DNA of 64,000 nt from assembly GCA_937951995.1 (NCBI GenBank), contig CALGAG010000041.1:4401-68400 (forward strand), given 5' to 3'. Numbering within the stretch: position 1 is the first letter of the stretch; each line of letters begins with the position of its first letter. A program made the translations under genes and the position numbers. This DNA is from an uncultured Bacillota bacterium. GTDB taxonomy: Bacteria; Bacillota; Clostridia; Tissierellales; Tissierellaceae. Below are positions 26,987 through 37,976 of this stretch, piece after piece. The notes beneath the pieces were generated by a model that made no database searches, was not told where the DNA came from, and saw nothing but the letters and a program-made list of their open reading frames with translations.

Positions 26987-28007
26987 ATTCCAAAGCTTAA
27001 TAGAAAATGGGAATATTAACCCAATATACATATTCACTGGAGATGAAACCTACCTTCTGGATAAGGCTGTTGAATACCTGGTGGGATTTTTCATGACTCC
27101 GGAAGGAAGAACCATCAATTTGGAAAACCTGGATGGAAAGACAGCTGGGCTGGATGACCTGAAGGCAAGCTGTGAAACCCTACCCTTCATGTCTGAAAGG
27201 AGGGTGACCATTTTAAGGGGGGCGGAAGCCCTGCTGGATAGGGATTCTGCGTCTGATGAGGTCCTGAATTATATCAAGAGCCTGGGAGACCATCAACTTT
27301 TGCTTGTAAACGACAGGGATGGGAAAGTAAAGAAGAATTCAAAGCTATACAGATACCTTAACAAATCAGGAAGTGCTGTGGTATTCGAGAAGCTCAGGGG
27401 AAAGGAACTCACTGATTGGATACAGGGAAAACTATCACAGAGGGGAAAGACCATGACCTATGCTGATCTAAACTACTTCATTCAGCAAAGCAGCTATAAC
27501 AGCAGGAACATTACCACCACCCTGTATGACCTGGATAATGAAATTAAAAAACTTTGCGACTTTTCCTCCGGAAAAAACATTGACCGGAATACCTTGGACC
27601 AGGTTCTGATCAGGCCTCTCGACAAGAATGTTTTTGACTTTCTGGGAGCTGTGGGAAAGAATGATACAGATAGGGCAATGGAGGTCTTCAACGAAATCTA
27701 CCTGATGAACGAACCAGTGCCCCGAATTCTATTTATGATAAGCAGGCAGTTCAGGTTGCTATTGGGCTATGTGACATATCGGGAAAAGGGATATGGGTCT
27801 GGGGAAATCCAGGAGAAACTCAAAGTTAAGCCTTATGAGTTCGGAAAGATTGCAGCGCAAGGAAATGGGATGGACCAGAATCGGTTAAGGGAAATACTGG
27901 AGGACATTCTACAAACGGATAGGAATCTAAAAACCATATCCTCCGACCAGAGGTTGGAAATGGAAATGCTGATTGTAAAGCTGACTGCTGGTTGCAAGAC
28001 CTATTGA
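26973..28007 (+). CDS. holA: DNA polymerase III delta subunit
   Basis: IYIFTGDETYL, TLPFMSERRV, NVFDFLGAV; comEC-holA-rpsT synteny. Confidence 0.92.
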   Translation: MKYNEFQSLIENGNINPIYIFTGDETYLLDKAVEYLVGFFMTPEGRTINLENLDGKTAGLDDLKASCETLPFMSERRVTILRGAEALLDRDSASDEVLNYIKSLGDHQLLLVNDRDGKVKKNSKLYRYLNKSGSAVVFEKLRGKELTDWIQGKLSQRGKTMTYADLNYFIQQSSYNSRNITTTLYDLDNEIKKLCDFSSGKNIDRNTLDQVLIRPLDKNVFDFLGAVGKNDTDRAMEVFNEIYLMNEPVPRILFMISRQFRLLLGYVTYREKGYGSGEIQEKLKVKPYEFGKIAAQGNGMDQNRLREILEDILQTDRNLKTISSDQRLEMEMLIVKLTAGCKTY

Positions 28008-28023
28008 AATTAATACAAAAAAG

Positions 28024-28051
28024 AAAAAAACTTCGGTTTGGCCGAAGTTTT
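28024..28051. terminator. Bidirectional terminator holA/rpsT
   Basis: AAAACTTCGG-TTTGG-CCGAAGTTTT. Confidence 0.85.
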
Positions 28052-28052
28052 A

Positions 28053-28316
28053 TTACATTGCTTTATTAAGTGCCTTAGTCAGACGACTAATCTTTCTAGC
28101 AGCAGCATTGTCATGGACGATATTTTTGTGGGCTGCTCTCTTAAGCTTCTTATCAATGACCTTCAACAATGCTCTCGCCTCGTCGAAATTTCCGTTGGCT
28201 ACAGCACTCTCAAATTTCTTAATATATGTCTTAATTTCAGTTTTCTTACTCTTATTCAAGGCAGTTTTTTTAGCGGTTACAAGAATTCTTTTTTCAGCTG
28301 ATTTAATATTTGCCAC
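28053..28316 (-). CDS. rpsT: 30S ribosomal protein S20
   Basis: MANIKSAEKRI...HDNAAARKISRL. Confidence 0.99.
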   Translation of the reverse strand: MANIKSAEKRILVTAKKTALNKSKKTEIKTYIKKFESAVANGNFDEARALLKVIDKKLKRAAHKNIVHDNAAARKISRLTKALNKAM

Positions 28317-28346
28317 GATTTCACCTCCTCTAATCTAACAAAGGAT

Positions 28347-28375
28347 ATTGTACCATGTCATAAACCAAATTGCAA
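28347..28375 (-). promoter_or_regulatory. Sigma-A promoter of rpsT
   Basis: Minus strand TTGCAA-N17-TACAAT. Confidence 0.75.
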
Positions 28376-28528
28376 GAGAAAAATCACTCCACCTACTGGT
28401 ATTTATGAACTCCATGTAGTATTATTATTCTACTTGCCATTGATTTAAGGCTTATTAATGGTATAATAATCTTGGATATAAATCAAGTACTTTTAAAAAA
28501 ATGTGCAGCAATTCTAGGAGGCGCAGCC

Positions 28529-29080
28529 ATGAGCGAGATGACAGAAAAGAGAAAAGAAAAAAGTGAGGCGATGGAGTGGGTTAAGAGCATACTGGCAGCC
28601 ATTGCAATAGCTTTAATAATAAAGACCTTTGTTTTCAATACAACCTATGTTCTGGGGAACTCCATGTATCCCACCCTACATGAACAGGACAGGTTGTTTG
28701 CCTTGAAGGTGCCCTTGTATTTTAAGGGTCCTGATAGGGGAGATGTAATCGTTCTTGAGGCACCTGACAGTCCTGGAAAGGATTATATCAAGAGAGTTGT
28801 TGGAATCTCAGGTGACAAGGTTGAAATTCAGGATGGCATGGTATATGTGAATGATGTTCTTCTGATGGAAGATTACCTCCAAGGTGAACAATACACGCAC
28901 ACCTACCAGGAAAACATCTGGATTGTTCCCGAGGGGGATGTTTTTGTACTGGGAGACAATCGTGCAGAGGGTGCAAGCAAGGACAGCAGATACTTTGGTA
29001 CAATTTCCCTTGATAAGGTAAAGGGAATAACACAATTCAGATACTATCCGATCGATGACAGATTCGGTAGAATAGAATAG
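28529..29080 (+). CDS. lepB: Signal peptidase I
   Basis: TM then GNSMYPTL (Ser), YIKRVVG (Lys), GDNR...SKDSR; RBS AGGAGG before ATG 28529. Confidence 0.95.
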   Translation: MSEMTEKRKEKSEAMEWVKSILAAIAIALIIKTFVFNTTYVLGNSMYPTLHEQDRLFALKVPLYFKGPDRGDVIVLEAPDSPGKDYIKRVVGISGDKVEIQDGMVYVNDVLLMEDYLQGEQYTHTYQENIWIVPEGDVFVLGDNRAEGASKDSRYFGTISLDKVKGITQFRYYPIDDRFGRIE

Positions 29081-29129
29081 CCTCCACCCTGGAGGCTTTA
29101 TGGATAAATTAGACACTAGGAGGAATAGG

Positions 29130-30941
29130 ATGCGGATCAAACAGGAAAATATAAGAAATTTTTCCATAATTGCCCACATAGACCACGGTAAGTCAACTCT
29201 TGCCGACAGATTGATTGAAATGACTGGAATGTTAACTTCCAGGGAAATGCAGGAGCAGGTATTGGACAAGATGGACCTGGAAAGGGAAAGAGGGATCACA
29301 ATCAAGCTTAAGGCAGTGAGGCTGGTCTACAAGGCCAAGGATGGTCAGGAGTACGTCTTCAACCTGATAGATACTCCAGGTCATGTTGACTTCAACTATG
29401 AGGTCTCCCGTTCACTGGCGGCCTGTGAGGGTGCTGTTCTGGTGGTGGATGCAACCCAGGGAGTGGAGGCTCAGACACTGGCCAATGTTTACCTGGCAAT
29501 TGACCAGGATCTGGAAATCTTGCCTGTAATAAACAAGATTGACCTGCCAAGCGCAAGGCCAGAGGAAATAATCAATGAAATAGAGGATATCATCGGGATA
29601 GAAAGTCAAGATGCCCCCCTTATATCGGCCAAGGACGGCTTGAATGTGGAGGAGGTTCTTGAGCAGATAGTTGAGAAGGTGCCAGCACCAAAGGGAGACC
29701 CCAATGCCCCATTAAAGGCGTTGATCTTTGACTCATACTATGACAGCTACAAGGGGGTAACCTGCTACATAAGAGTTTTCGAAGGACAGGTAAAGCCTGG
29801 AATGATGGTAAAGATGATGGCGACAGGAAAAAGCTTCGAGGTTACCGAGGTTGGGGTCAACACATCCAAACACATACCTTTGGACAGCCTCAGTGCCGGC
29901 GAGGTTGGATATCTGACTGCAAGTATAAAGAATGTCAAGGAAGCCAGGGTAGGAGACACCATAACCGATACAGGCAATCCCACAGCAAATCCTTTGCCGG
30001 GATACAAAAAGGTGATCCCAATGGTCTACTGTGGAATTTACCCTGCAGAGGGTGAGGACTTCAACACCGTAAGGGAAGCTCTTGAAAAGCTTCAGGTAAA
30101 TGATGCCGCCCTGGTATTTGAGCCTGAAACATCAGTGGCACTTGGATTTGGATTCAGGTGTGGTTTTCTGGGTCTCTTGCATATGGAAATAATCCAGGAA
30201 AGACTGGAAAGGGAATTTGACCTAAACATTATAACTACTGCACCCAGTGTAATCTACCGGGTAACCAGAACAAGTGGGGAGGTAATGGAGATACAGAATC
30301 CTTCAAACCTGCCTGCCCCTGCGGAGATTGCACACATGGAGGAACCCATTGTTTCTGCAAACATCATGACCCCAACGGATTACGTAGGTGCCATCATGGA
30401 GCTTTGCCAGAATAAGAGGGGGACCTTCAAGAACATGGAGTATCTGGAGGAAACAAGGGTTGTACTCCACTATGATCTTCCACTAAATGAGGTCATTTAC
30501 GATTTCTTTGACGCACTTAAGTCAAAGACCAGAGGGTATGCATCCTTTGATTACGAGCTTAAGGGATACCAGCAAAGTGAGCTGGTTAAGATGGATATTC
30601 TAATTAACTCAGAGCTTGTTGATGCCTTCTCACTGATTGTTCATGAGGAAAAGGCTTATGAGAGGGGTAGAACCATCGCAGAGAGATTGGTGGATGTGAT
30701 TCCGAGACACCAGTTTGCAGTACCCATACAGGCTGCAATAGGCAGCAAGATCATAGCCAGGGAGACAATTAGAGCCCTTAGAAAGGACGTTCTGGCAAAG
30801 TGCTATGGTGGGGACATCTCTAGAAAGAGAAAGCTGCTTGAAAAACAAAAGGAAGGCAAGAAGAGGATGAGGCAGATAGGTTCAGTTGATGTCCCTCAGG
30901 AGGCATTTCTGACCGTCTTGAAGTATGACGAGAAAAAATAG
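29130..30941 (+). CDS. lepA: Elongation factor 4 (LepA)
   Basis: [44 protein letters not shown]; alternative in-frame ATG at 29100. Confidence 0.99.
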   Translation: MRIKQENIRNFSIIAHIDHGKSTLADRLIEMTGMLTSREMQEQVLDKMDLERERGITIKLKAVRLVYKAKDGQEYVFNLIDTPGHVDFNYEVSRSLAACEGAVLVVDATQGVEAQTLANVYLAIDQDLEILPVINKIDLPSARPEEIINEIEDIIGIESQDAPLISAKDGLNVEEVLEQIVEKVPAPKGDPNAPLKALIFDSYYDSYKGVTCYIRVFEGQVKPGMMVKMMATGKSFEVTEVGVNTSKHIPLDSLSAGEVGYLTASIKNVKEARVGDTITDTGNPTANPLPGYKKVIPMVYCGIYPAEGEDFNTVREALEKLQVNDAALVFEPETSVALGFGFRCGFLGLLHMEIIQERLEREFDLNIITTAPSVIYRVTRTSGEVMEIQNPSNLPAPAEIAHMEEPIVSANIMTPTDYVGAIMELCQNKRGTFKNMEYLEETRVVLHYDLPLNEVIYDFFDALKSKTRGYASFDYELKGYQQSELVKMDILINSELVDAFSLIVHEEKAYERGRTIAERLVDVIPRHQFAVPIQAAIGSKIIARETIRALRKDVLAKCYGGDISRKRKLLEKQKEGKKRMRQIGSVDVPQEAFLTVLKYDEKK

Positions 30942-30947
30942 ATTATT

Positions 30948-30980
30948 AAGGAAAAGTCACAAGGACTTTTCCTTTATTTA
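30948..30980 (+). terminator. Terminator-like hairpin after lepA
   Basis: AAGGAAAAGTC-ACAAG-GACTTTTCCTT. Confidence 0.7.
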
Positions 30981-31002
30981 AGTAGAATGCCAGGAGGAAA
31001 AA

Positions 31003-32139
31003 ATGGAAAAGGCAGGTCTGTATATTCATATACCATTTTGCGAAAGAAAATGCCACTATTGTGATTTCACATCCGTAGCAGGAAACCGTGACCTTATTGA
31101 CAGGTATGTCAGATATCTTATCAATGAAATCAAAATGGTTTCAGCAGCCTATGGAAAAATCCAAATTGAAACGATTTTCATCGGAGGGGGTACTCCGTCT
31201 GTTCTTTCAGAGAGCAGCTTGGAAACAATAATGGAGGCCGTTGGGAATGGTTTTTCCCTGGACAGAAATGCAGAAATCTCCATAGAGATAAATCCTGGAA
31301 CCCTGACCCACCAAAAGGCACTTGGCTACAGGAAAGCTGGAATAAACAGAGCCAGCGTGGGGATTCAGTCCATGAACAACAGCCTCCTTGGAACAATCGG
31401 AAGAATCCACAATGAAGACCAGGTCATAGCTACCGTCAAGAACCTGAGAAGGGCAGGATTTGACAACATCAATGGAGACCTGATGTTTGGACTGCCACAC
31501 CAGTCAATTGATGACTTCAGGGTGACTCTTGAGAAAACTGCCCTGTTGGACCTGGAACACATATCAATGTATGGACTCATCCTGGAGGAGAACACTCCCC
31601 TGTATGGCTGGCATGAGAGGGGGCTTGTCTCTGTACCGACAGAAGACCAGGAGAGGGAAATGTATCACTTGGGGATTGATTTCCTCAAGAAAAAAGGATA
31701 CCTTCAATATGAAATCTCAAACCTTGCCAAAAAAGGCCACGAATGTCGCCACAATATGGGGTACTGGCTGTTAAAGCCCTATATAGGTGTGGGAATTTCA
31801 AGTCATTCCTCAATGGAGGGCAGGCGTTATTGGAATACATCTGGATTTGGGGAGTATTTCCAGAAGCTGGATGAAGATACCCTTCCAATTGAGGGGGAAG
31901 AGACCATTACCAAGGATATGATGGAGACAGAATATCTGATTCTTGGAATCAGATTGAAGGATGGAATTTCCGTCGATGATTATGAAAAAAGATTCAATGC
32001 TTCATTTATGGGCAAATATGGAGAGGCTATGGCAAAGCATATGGATTCAGGTCTTTTGGTATTGACAGATGGAAGCATAAGGCTCACTGAAAAGGGCATG
32101 GACCTAAGCAATCAGGTGGAGATGGATTTTATTCCATAG
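31003..32139 (+). CDS. hemW: Radical SAM heme chaperone HemW (HemN-like)
   Basis: YIHIPFCERKCHYCDF, IGGGTPS, YEISN, HNMGYW; lepA-hemW-hrcA synteny. Confidence 0.93.
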   Translation: MEKAGLYIHIPFCERKCHYCDFTSVAGNRDLIDRYVRYLINEIKMVSAAYGKIQIETIFIGGGTPSVLSESSLETIMEAVGNGFSLDRNAEISIEINPGTLTHQKALGYRKAGINRASVGIQSMNNSLLGTIGRIHNEDQVIATVKNLRRAGFDNINGDLMFGLPHQSIDDFRVTLEKTALLDLEHISMYGLILEENTPLYGWHERGLVSVPTEDQEREMYHLGIDFLKKKGYLQYEISNLAKKGHECRHNMGYWLLKPYIGVGISSHSSMEGRRYWNTSGFGEYFQKLDEDTLPIEGEETITKDMMETEYLILGIRLKDGISVDDYEKRFNASFMGKYGEAMAKHMDSGLLVLTDGSIRLTEKGMDLSNQVEMDFIP

Positions 32140-32152
32140 AGGTCAAAAAGTA

Positions 32153-32181
32153 TTGACAAATACCTGTAAGGGTGATAATTT
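32153..32181 (+). promoter_or_regulatory. Sigma-A promoter of hrcA-dnaK operon
   Basis: TTGACA-N17-TAATTT with TG extension, just upstream of CIRCE. Confidence 0.7.
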
Positions 32182-32191
32182 ATATATAGGA

Positions 32192-32218
32192 TTAGCACTC
32201 GGCAATGTTGAGTGCTAA
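32192..32218 (+). promoter_or_regulatory. CIRCE operator (HrcA binding site)
   Basis: Perfect TTAGCACTC-N9-GAGTGCTAA. Confidence 0.98.
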
Positions 32219-32249
32219 CAATCATCCAGGAGAATTTAGAGGTGATACT

Positions 32250-33299
32250 ATGTTGGATGAAAGAAAAATGAGAGTTTTATATGCAATAATAGACAGCTAT
32301 ATATCCACAGCGGAACCCATAGGCTCAAGAACGATTTCAAAGGGATATGACCTTGGAGTCAGCTCAGCCACAATCAGAAATGAGATGTCTGATCTGGAGG
32401 AACTTGGATATCTGAACAAAACACATACCTCATCTGGTAGGGTGCCTTCTGACAAGGCATATAGACTATATGTGGACAGCTATATAAGGCTGGACAAGGA
32501 CACCATAAACAATAAGCAGAAGACAGAGATAAGAAAGGCCCTGGAAAGGGAAAGCAAGGAACTGGATCAGTTGATTCAAAACTCAGCCAGGCTGCTTTCT
32601 CAGATAACAAGCTATACAGCTTTGGCATTGTCACCTCAGATCAAGGAAACAAGGATAAAGTATGTTCAGTTGCTGCCGATGGATGACCACCAAGTCCTGC
32701 TCATATTGGTCAATGAAAACGGACTGGTGAAGAATGCAGTTTTCAAGACTGACCAGACCATTCCGGAAAACCAGCTTGTGGCAATAACCAACATGCTAAA
32801 TGAAAGATTGAAAAATAAGTCCTTCAATCAACTTAACAATGAGTCGATGAAGGAAATGTTCAATCAGTTCTATAATTACAAGAATGAGATTGAGAGACTT
32901 ATTCCCATCATCAACAAGTCCGTTGAAAGCATGGAAGATATTGACCTTTATGCCGATGGAATAGGGAGACTGTTGAATTTCCCTGAATACAAGGATATAG
33001 ACAAGGTAAAGTCCCTAATGTCATTTATAGAGGACAAGGACCAGCTTTTGAATATCCTCCTTATGGATTCCATAACGCGAGACGTGCACATAAGCATAGG
33101 TCATGAAAATATCTATGCACCCCTTAAGGATTGCAGCATAATAACTGCCACCTACAGGCTTGAAGGTGAAACCGTAGGGAAAATTGGAATAATCGGCCCA
33201 ACCAGAATGGACTACCTTGGGCTTATCAAGACCTTGAGGATATTCTCGGATAATATTTCCGAGATTATTAATAACTATAATGGAAGTGTTAAGAGGTGA
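32250..33299 (+). CDS. hrcA: Heat-inducible transcription repressor HrcA
   Basis: MLDERK...PIGSRTI...SSATIRNEMSDLEE...HTSSGRVPSDKAYR; IIGPTRMDY. Confidence 0.98.
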   Translation: MLDERKMRVLYAIIDSYISTAEPIGSRTISKGYDLGVSSATIRNEMSDLEELGYLNKTHTSSGRVPSDKAYRLYVDSYIRLDKDTINNKQKTEIRKALERESKELDQLIQNSARLLSQITSYTALALSPQIKETRIKYVQLLPMDDHQVLLILVNENGLVKNAVFKTDQTIPENQLVAITNMLNERLKNKSFNQLNNESMKEMFNQFYNYKNEIERLIPIINKSVESMEDIDLYADGIGRLLNFPEYKDIDKVKSLMSFIEDKDQLLNILLMDSITRDVHISIGHENIYAPLKDCSIITATYRLEGETVGKIGIIGPTRMDYLGLIKTLRIFSDNISEIINNYNGSVKR

Positions 33300-33305
33300 T
33301 TGCAA

Positions 33306-33860
33306 ATGACAAAAGAGGACAACAATATCAAGGAGGATGAAAGGGACCTGCTGGAGGAAGAATCCAACGGGACGGAAGTTCCTCAGGAAGAACAGGAGGA
33401 TGATCCCATTTTTAAATCAAAGGCAATGTTGGAAGAAAAGGAAAATCAAATCATTGATCTGAACAATAAGCTGACCAGGTTACAGGCTGATTTTCAGAAC
33501 TTCAAGCGTAGAACGGAAAAGGACAGGGAAAACTCAATAACCTATGGTATTGAAGCCATTATCCTGGACCTTCTGCCTGTAATTGACAACTTCCAGCGGG
33601 CTATTGCTGCCCAGGACAACAAGGAGGACGGCTTCTACAAGGGAGTATCAATGATTGAAAAGCAATTCATAGATGTGTTGGAAAGGAATTCAGTCCAGGA
33701 GATTGAAGCCTTGGGGAAGGAATTTGACCCAAATCTCCACCATGCCGTATCAGTTGTTGAAAGCGAAGAGGAAGAGGGCACGGTAATTGAGGTCTTACAG
33801 AAGGGTTATGTTTTAAAGGATAAAGTTATCAGACCATGCATGGTCGTTGTTGCAAAATAA
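33306..33860 (+). CDS. grpE: Nucleotide exchange factor GrpE
   Basis: RLQADFQNFKRR, LLPVIDNF, FDPNLHHA, QKGYVLKDKVIRP. Confidence 0.98.
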   Translation: MTKEDNNIKEDERDLLEEESNGTEVPQEEQEDDPIFKSKAMLEEKENQIIDLNNKLTRLQADFQNFKRRTEKDRENSITYGIEAIILDLLPVIDNFQRAIAAQDNKEDGFYKGVSMIEKQFIDVLERNSVQEIEALGKEFDPNLHHAVSVVESEEEEGTVIEVLQKGYVLKDKVIRPCMVVVAK

Positions 33861-33878
33861 TTTAAGGAGGAATATGGA

Positions 33879-35696
33879 ATGAGCAAAATAATTGGAATTG
33901 ACCTGGGTACAACAAACTCAGCAGTCGCCGTAATGGAAGGTGGAGAGGCTGTAATAATACCTAATGCCGAAGGGAACAGAACGACTCCTTCCGTGGTTGC
34001 ATTCACCAAGGACGGGGAAAGGCTTGTAGGGGAAACAGCTAAAAGGCAGGCAATAACAAATACAGAGAGAACAATACAGTCAATCAAGAGACACATGGGA
34101 AGCGACCGCAAGGATGAGATAGATGGTAAATCCTACAGTCCTGAAGAGATATCAGCAATGATTCTTCAAAAGATCAAGGCTGATGCAGAGAGCTATCTTG
34201 GAGAAACAGTAACAGATGCTGTTATCACAGTACCTGCCTATTTTACTGATAGCCAAAGACAGGCAACCAAGGACGCGGGGAAAATCGCAGGACTTAATGT
34301 AAAAAGAATCATAAATGAGCCAACTGCTGCTGCATTGTCATATGGTTTGGACAAGGAACACGGCCAGCACAAGATCATGGTATTTGACCTAGGTGGAGGA
34401 ACATTCGACGTATCCATACTTGAACTTGGAGACGGAGTGTTCGAGGTACTTGCAACAAGAGGAAACAACCACCTTGGCGGAGATGATTTTGATGACAAGC
34501 TGATAGACTACATTGCTGAACAATTCAAGAAGGAAAACGGAGTTGACCTGAAAGCAGACAAGATGGCACTCCAGAGGCTGAAGGAAGCCGCTGAGAAGGC
34601 TAAGAAGGAACTTTCAACAACCAAGTCAACCAACATAAACCTTCCATTTATCACTGCAACTGCAGCGGGACCACAACACCTTAATATGGATATAACAAGG
34701 GCCAAGTTTGACGAGTTGACATCAGGACTTGTTGAAATGACAATTGAACCTGTCAAGGCAGCATTAAAGGATGCCGGACTTACTGCAGCCGACATAGAAA
34801 AGGTATTGCTGGTTGGTGGGTCAACAAGGATACCAGCTGTACAGGATGCAGTCAAAAAGCTCACTGGAAAAGACCCACAGAAGGATATAAACCCTGATGA
34901 GAGTGTTGCTCTTGGAGCGGCAATTCAGGGAGGAGTTCTGAGTGGTGAGGTAAAAGACCTCTTGCTTCTAGATGTAACACCCCTTTCACTGGGAATTGAG
35001 ACACTTGGAGGGGTTACAACCAAGTTGATTGAAAGAAATACAACCATACCAACCAAGAAATCACAGGTGTTTACAACTGCATCGGACAGCCAGACATCAG
35101 TTGATATTCATGTGCTGCAGGGTGAGCGTCAGATGGCCAACGATAATGTAACCCTAGGAAGGTTCCAGCTGACTGGGATACCACCTGCACCTAGAGGAGT
35201 TCCACAAATCGAGGTTACCTTTGACATAGATGCCAATGGTATTGTAAATGTTAGTGCCAAGGACCTTGGAACAGGCAAGGAACAGAAGATCACAATTACA
35301 GCATCAACCAAGCTGAGTGAAGACGAGATAAATGAAAAGGTTAAGGAAGCTGAGAGGTTCGCAGAGGAAGACAAGGTAAAGAAGGAAAAGATCGAGGTTA
35401 GAAACAACGGTGATTCAATAGTCTATCAAACAGAAAAGACCTTGAAGGACCTTGAAGGAAAAATTGAAGCTGATGAAAAAGCCAAGGTTGAAGAAAAGTT
35501 GGAAGCTCTTAAGAAAGCACTTGAGGGTGATGACATAGATGATATCAAGACCAAGACCGAGGAGCTGACCAACGAGTTCCACGCAATTTCACAGAAGCTG
35601 TATGAAACTGCTCAAGGAGAGGGAGGAGAAGGACAAGAGGCCCCTCAGGATGACGACGTTGTGGATGCTGACTACGAAGTGGTTGACGAAGACTAG
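33879..35696 (+). CDS. dnaK: Chaperone DnaK
   Basis: [34 protein letters not shown]. Confidence 0.99.
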   Translation: MSKIIGIDLGTTNSAVAVMEGGEAVIIPNAEGNRTTPSVVAFTKDGERLVGETAKRQAITNTERTIQSIKRHMGSDRKDEIDGKSYSPEEISAMILQKIKADAESYLGETVTDAVITVPAYFTDSQRQATKDAGKIAGLNVKRIINEPTAAALSYGLDKEHGQHKIMVFDLGGGTFDVSILELGDGVFEVLATRGNNHLGGDDFDDKLIDYIAEQFKKENGVDLKADKMALQRLKEAAEKAKKELSTTKSTNINLPFITATAAGPQHLNMDITRAKFDELTSGLVEMTIEPVKAALKDAGLTAADIEKVLLVGGSTRIPAVQDAVKKLTGKDPQKDINPDESVALGAAIQGGVLSGEVKDLLLLDVTPLSLGIETLGGVTTKLIERNTTIPTKKSQVFTTASDSQTSVDIHVLQGERQMANDNVTLGRFQLTGIPPAPRGVPQIEVTFDIDANGIVNVSAKDLGTGKEQKITITASTKLSEDEINEKVKEAERFAEEDKVKKEKIEVRNNGDSIVYQTEKTLKDLEGKIEADEKAKVEEKLEALKKALEGDDIDDIKTKTEELTNEFHAISQKLYETAQGEGGEGQEAPQDDDVVDADYEVVDED

Positions 35697-35742
35697 ATTT
35701 TGAAATAGTATATTGTGGGAGTCGTTGATGACTCTTTCAAAA

Positions 35743-35776
35743 AATCAAAGCTAAACCATCAGGTTTAGCTTTGATT
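35743..35776 (+). terminator. 15 bp hairpin between dnaK and dnaJ (partial terminator or processing site)
   Basis: AATCAAAGCTAAACC-ATCA-GGTTTAGCTTTGATT. Confidence 0.65.
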
Positions 35777-35801
35777 AATGATTATTAATGGAAGTTGGTG
35801 T

Positions 35802-36929
35802 ATGGCAGTGAGGGATTTATACGAAATACTTGAAATATCCAAGGATGCTTCACAGGAGGATATAAAAAGGGCTTACAGGAAGCTTGCAAAGAAGTATCAC
35901 CCAGACCTTAATCCAAACGATGCAGAGGCTGAACAGAATTTCAAGGAAGTGAATGCAGCCTATGAAGTTCTTAGCGACCAGGAAAAAAGGTCCCGTTACG
36001 ACAGGTTTGGTCATGCAGGTGTGGATCCACAGGCTGGCGGAGGAGACTTTGGAGGCTTTGGGGATATATTTGATGACCTGTTTGATGTGTTTGGTGGCTT
36101 TGGTGGAAGAAGTACAGGGAGAAGAAGGTCCGGTCCAGCCAGAGGAGCCGATATACAGCAAAGCGTAACTCTTGAGTTCAGGGAAGCAGCTTTTGGGGTG
36201 GAGAAAGAGGTTCAGGTCAGAAGGTATGAAACCTGTGGCACATGTGAAGGCAGCGGTGCAAAACCTGGAACTGACAAGAATACCTGCTCAAAATGCCATG
36301 GTTCAGGAGAGGTAAGGTATACACAGCAGACTCCCTTTGGGCAGTTTGTTCAGGTAGGCGTATGCGACCAGTGCAATGGTACTGGTGAAACCTTTGAGGA
36401 AAAATGTGAAACCTGCCAGGGCAGTGGCAAGGAAATCAAGACCAGAAAGATCAATGTCAATATCCCAGCAGGTGTTGACAGTGATTCGGTGATGACTGTC
36501 AGAGGTGAGGGTCACAGCGGAGAAAAGGGTGGACCACCTGGTGACCTTTATCTGTATATTTCCGTCAAGGAAGACCCAGTGTTCTCCAGGAGGGGAACAA
36601 ACATCTATGTAACAGTCCCAATAACATTTGCCCAGGCAACCCTGGGGTCGGAAATAGAGATACCTACACTGGAGGGAACAGAGGTCTACACTATTCCTGC
36701 TGCAACCCCATCCGGAAGCAGATTCAAGCTAAGAAACAAGGGCGTCGCAAATGTCAGGGGACTTGGCAAGGGTGACCTGATTTTTACAGTTGAAGTGATA
36801 ATACCAAAGGATCTTTCAGACAAGCAGAGGGAGCTTCTCCTGGAGTATTCCAAGGAAATGGGAGAGAATTATAAGACTCCTGAAAAGAAGGGTTTTTTCA
36901 AGAAGGTCAAGGATGCATTTCAGCAGTAG
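35802..36929 (+). CDS. dnaJ: Chaperone DnaJ
   Basis: J domain with HPD, G/F region, four CxxCxGxG repeats. Confidence 0.99.
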   Translation: MAVRDLYEILEISKDASQEDIKRAYRKLAKKYHPDLNPNDAEAEQNFKEVNAAYEVLSDQEKRSRYDRFGHAGVDPQAGGGDFGGFGDIFDDLFDVFGGFGGRSTGRRRSGPARGADIQQSVTLEFREAAFGVEKEVQVRRYETCGTCEGSGAKPGTDKNTCSKCHGSGEVRYTQQTPFGQFVQVGVCDQCNGTGETFEEKCETCQGSGKEIKTRKINVNIPAGVDSDSVMTVRGEGHSGEKGGPPGDLYLYISVKEDPVFSRRGTNIYVTVPITFAQATLGSEIEIPTLEGTEVYTIPAATPSGSRFKLRNKGVANVRGLGKGDLIFTVEVIIPKDLSDKQRELLLEYSKEMGENYKTPEKKGFFKKVKDAFQQ

Positions 36930-36964
36930 AATGATACAATAAGTCTGGCTTGGAGCCAGTTGGG

Positions 36965-36990
36965 AGCAACCACCAGGGTGGTTGCTTTTT
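36965..36990 (+). terminator. Terminator after dnaJ
   Basis: AGCAACCAC-CAGG-GTGGTTGCT plus TTTT. Confidence 0.75.
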
Positions 36991-37055
36991 GCATACTGGA
37001 AAAGAGTAGGATTTTAGGGTATAATATGTTGAATAATAGATAAGGATGTGATCCG

Positions 37056-37976
37056 ATGAACTGGCTGGAGGTTATAATCAAGACAAAGCCTGAAAATGAG
37101 GACCTGGTAAGCAGTATCCTATATGACAATGGTGCTACAGGATTGACAATAGAGGATCCCAATGACATTGTGGAGCTTGACAAGGCAAAGGATGCATGGG
37201 ATTTCATAGAGCCAGAGCTACTGAAAAAGAAGGATGATGGAATAATCATAAAGGCATACTATTCAGAGGCTGAGGACCTGGAAGGGATTCTTGAGAAGAT
37301 AAGGGAAAGGATCAAAAATCAGGGATTGGGAGAAATCCTCACCAGCAAGGTGGATGAAAGCGATTGGGCTGAGAATTGGAAGATCCATTACAAGACAACA
37401 AAGATTGGTGCAAATATAGTCATAAAACCTTCCTGGGAGGAGTATCAGCCTGAAAGGGACGACATAGTCATTGAGCTTGATCCTGGTATGGCCTTTGGAA
37501 CCGGATCCCATGAAACAACCGTCATGTGCGCCAAAGCTTTGGAGAGGAATGTGGAGTCAACCTCGACAGTCTTCGATGTAGGCTGTGGAAGTGGAATATT
37601 GGGTATAATTGCTGCCAAGCTCGGAGCCGGCAGGGTTCTTGCCATAGACCTGGACCCAATGTGTATCAAGGTCACCAAGGAAAATGCAATAATCAATCAG
37701 GTGGATGATACAATCCAGGTTGAGCAGGGCAATCTGCTCCATATGGTTGAGGAAAAGGCAGATGTCATAGTGGCCAATATTATTGCAGAAATAATAGTTG
37801 ACCTGGTTCCGGGACTTAGGAATCATTTAAATGATAATGGTATCTTCATTGCTTCCGGTATAATAGAAAGCAAGCTGGACAAGGTAAAGGAAGCCCTCAT
37901 GAGCAGCGGTTATGAAATTGTCGATGTTGAACTTATGAATGGCTGGGCGGCAGTTACATCTAGAATGGTGATATGA
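37056..37976 (+). CDS. prmA: Ribosomal protein L11 methyltransferase
   Basis: DWAENWK, LDPGMAFGTGSHETT, DVGCGSGIL, VANIIAE. Confidence 0.97.
   Translation: MNWLEVIIKTKPENEDLVSSILYDNGATGLTIEDPNDIVELDKAKDAWDFIEPELLKKKDDGIIIKAYYSEAEDLEGILEKIRERIKNQGLGEILTSKVDESDWAENWKIHYKTTKIGANIVIKPSWEEYQPERDDIVIELDPGMAFGTGSHETTVMCAKALERNVESTSTVFDVGCGSGILGIIAAKLGAGRVLAIDLDPMCIKVTKENAIINQVDDTIQVEQGNLLHMVEEKADVIVANIIAEIIVDLVPGLRNHLNDNGIFIASGIIESKLDKVKEALMSSGYEIVDVELMNGWAAVTSRMVI

Noticed and set aside
28808-29305. 165 aa minus-strand ORF across lepB/lepA
   Set aside because: Overlaps two well-supported genes on the opposite strand and has no domain signature.
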